From assembly GCA_013115145.1 (NCBI GenBank), contig JAAPAO010000348.1, positions 1 to 37,309 of the forward strand: a stretch of 37,309 nt of DNA, given 5' to 3'. The notes below the pieces were generated by a model. That model worked only from the letters and a program-made list of their open reading frames with translations, searched no databases and was not told where the DNA came from. Origin of the DNA: Perkinsus chesapeaki ATCC PRA-425 (lineage: Eukaryota > Protista > Perkinsozoa). Position numbers and translations under genes: made by a program. Each line of letters starts with the position of its first letter. Position 1 is the first letter of the stretch. Of the stretch, positions 35,301 through 37,309 are shown one piece after another.

Positions 35301-37309
35301 AGAGCTTCTAAAAAAGACGAGATGTACGCTTTAAGCTAAGATACTCGCCGTCCTACACTAATAAGGAAGAGCATTTGCTCAGCTCCGTTGGCCAACTTGG
35401 CCGGCCCCGCTGCTGCATAGGCAATCTCCTCGTTCGCTTGGTAATGCGAGGAGCTAGTTGTCATAGCCGGACCAATGCCTCTTCCAACCATACACACACC
35501 TACCAATAACGTCACGCGCCCATTTATTATTCATCGTACGTAGGGCCACCAACAACGTAGAGATAACCCTGCTAAGGTTCTCGGGAATCACCGCGTCCTC
35601 CTCATCTTCACCACGAGGATCTTGAGGTCGACTTTCCTGCGACTAGGACAGTTAAGTTCCGCCACAATAACAATCATTAATTTGTCCGAAAATCCCAAGA
35701 GGATTGAATTCGGAGTTGAAGTAAATCCTCAATAATTCCTCAAAACAAGTTCAATTATTCCCCATTGAACACCGAATAGCGAACAGACTGTGACATTATC
35801 ATTATCATGTTCTCGGGGATTCCTAACAGTAAAAAGTAGTGGAGTCGTAACAGAGGGATACGTCCACTCAGTGGAAATAGATCTTATTTCTACCGAGTCT
35901 AATCAGTTCGACCGTTCTAGGCATGTTCAAAGTGAATCGCCGTATTCGCCCATTTGATACCACTCCATAAATACTCCATCACTTACTGATGTCCTCCTCT
36001 CCTCTCCTGCCATCTCTTTAGCTTCCCTTATTAGATCGTCCTTAAGAGTAATCCACAAAGTGCCCTCTAATAAAAATCAAACCACCACCATCCGAGCACA
36101 CAATTTCTGTCCCCTTCTCACCCCAGTCAACATATCTAGTATACTTCTTCAAGCTCTTCTCCACTATTTTCCCAATATCCCTCCCTACGCAGTTCTGCGC
36201 TATCTTTTCCCCCAGGCCCTCTATAACCTCTCTCGCCTTGACCCATGGCCTGTCCTCAGACGGCTTGCCTGTACTAGTGCTACTGTGCCCCACCAAATAC
36301 CGCATAATGTAAGGCTTCGCTTCAACCTAAAAAATATCTTCTCATCATCTCGTCCACCACCTCGACCCACCTCTACTATATAATCGTCATCTCGGCAGAT
36401 ATTAAGCATAATGGCCTTCAAATGTGCCAACATTCCCGGGTAACTGACGGAAGACACGAAATACTCTACAGCAGATATACGATTTCTCTACCAGAAAAAG
36501 AGCTACCAAATTAATTAAGACGTTCTCACTCTCCCTCAACCTCGACAAAGAGCATGGAATGGGAAGCCGGGTCTGTATGGGTGAATGCTCAGTCGTCGAG
36601 GATGGGATAGCGTCATGAGGCAGTGAAGAAGAAGACATTATATGCAAGCCTTACGGCTTACAGCTCTTATCTCCATTGTATTACTACTTACCAATTATTC
36701 GATAACACTATATTATACCACACTTCTCACAAATATTATATATTTAACGGAGATTACACTTACATACTTACTCACCAATGCTGAGTCACCATTCCCGCAC
36801 GAATTTATTCATTTCAACTATCCCCATTTGGAAGCCCTTAATGGAAGCCCCTTTCCATTCTATAAGAATCCTATCCTTCTCCTCCGCCCCCTACTACCTT
36901 GATATCTGTGGTAGTGTCAACAGCACCCACAATCCACCACTGTTCAATATCTCCACAGCACAGTCATAATATCTACTAGTCTCAACCAGGCACATAAGCA
37001 ATGCCTGACTCTGCATAGGATCCATGATAGGCTTCATCTCAGCCATTCTGACCAACGCCTTCGTCAGCGATAGCATTAGGTCACCGGACAAGGTCGCAAG
37101 GCAACCTAAAGATGCCTTCAATGTTATAGAAGTCATGCCAAGCAGCTAAGTGATAGAGAAATATATATTCTTTCACGTTTTACGTGTTTTTGGTGAATCT
37201 TCTGTGATACATCCACAATAGTAACACATTTCCTAACAAACTCCTTTCTATTATATCTCCTCCTCCGTATCACTAGTAACATATTTCCTATCAAACTCCT
37301 TTCTATTAT
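23332..37309 (-). CDS. HUWE1: Large HECT E3 ubiquitin ligase, HUWE1/TOM1/UPL1 type, 5'-truncated by the window, many exons
   Basis: HECT domain: [81 protein letters not shown] (catalytic Cys), EGFGFV*. DUF4414/UBM-type motifs [19 protein letters not shown] and [13 protein letters not shown]. Acidic low-complexity regions. Confidence 0.95.
29611..29635 (+). other. tRNA 3'-end / B-box-like motif, antisense inside a 55-nt HECT-gene intron (29587-29641)
   Basis: acaggttcgatcccggcacccgaca. The intron is supported by in-frame joining of LRLLWMRY...DEIT to [13 protein letters not shown]. Confidence 0.7.
37219..37309. repeat. Imperfect tandem direct repeat (36-nt core, period 55), cut by the window end
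   Basis: tagtaacacatttcctaacaaactcctttctattat (37219-37254) and tagtaacatatttcctatcaaactcctttctattat (37274-37309), 2 mismatches. Confidence 0.9.

Noticed and set aside
37219-37309. CRISPR array
   Set aside because: Eukaryotic intronic context, two copies only, 19-nt spacer, no cas genes.

Overview
Eukaryotic, gene-dense protist DNA with many short (about 32-75 nt) GT-AG introns. The style suggests an alveolate such as Perkinsus, but that is inference only. The plus strand carries the 3' end of an unknown gene (1-377), a flavin amine oxidase with unexplained N- and C-terminal extensions (about 1180-4310) and a small secreted 10-Cys peptide (14316-14552). The minus strand carries a co-oriented run: Kish/TMEM167, HID1, DPH5, PARG, a Cys-rich secreted protein, TRAPPC13, a paralogous Cys-rich protein with a mucin stalk and anchor, and the 3' part (about 14 kb) of a HUWE1/TOM1/UPL1-type HECT E3 ligase. 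Three unexplained signals stand out. (1) Four introns each carry a tRNA-3'-end-like motif (CARGTTCGAWYCC plus an acceptor-strand-like tail) with an intact B-box but a broken T-stem. (2) A cluster of perfect palindromes with 1-nt spacers lies at 12.7-13.1 kb, in a gene-poor island between DPH5 and PARG. (3) Three Cys-rich secreted or surface proteins have no family I recognise. Exon boundaries were traced by eye and family assignments come from recalled motifs; no database search was run.
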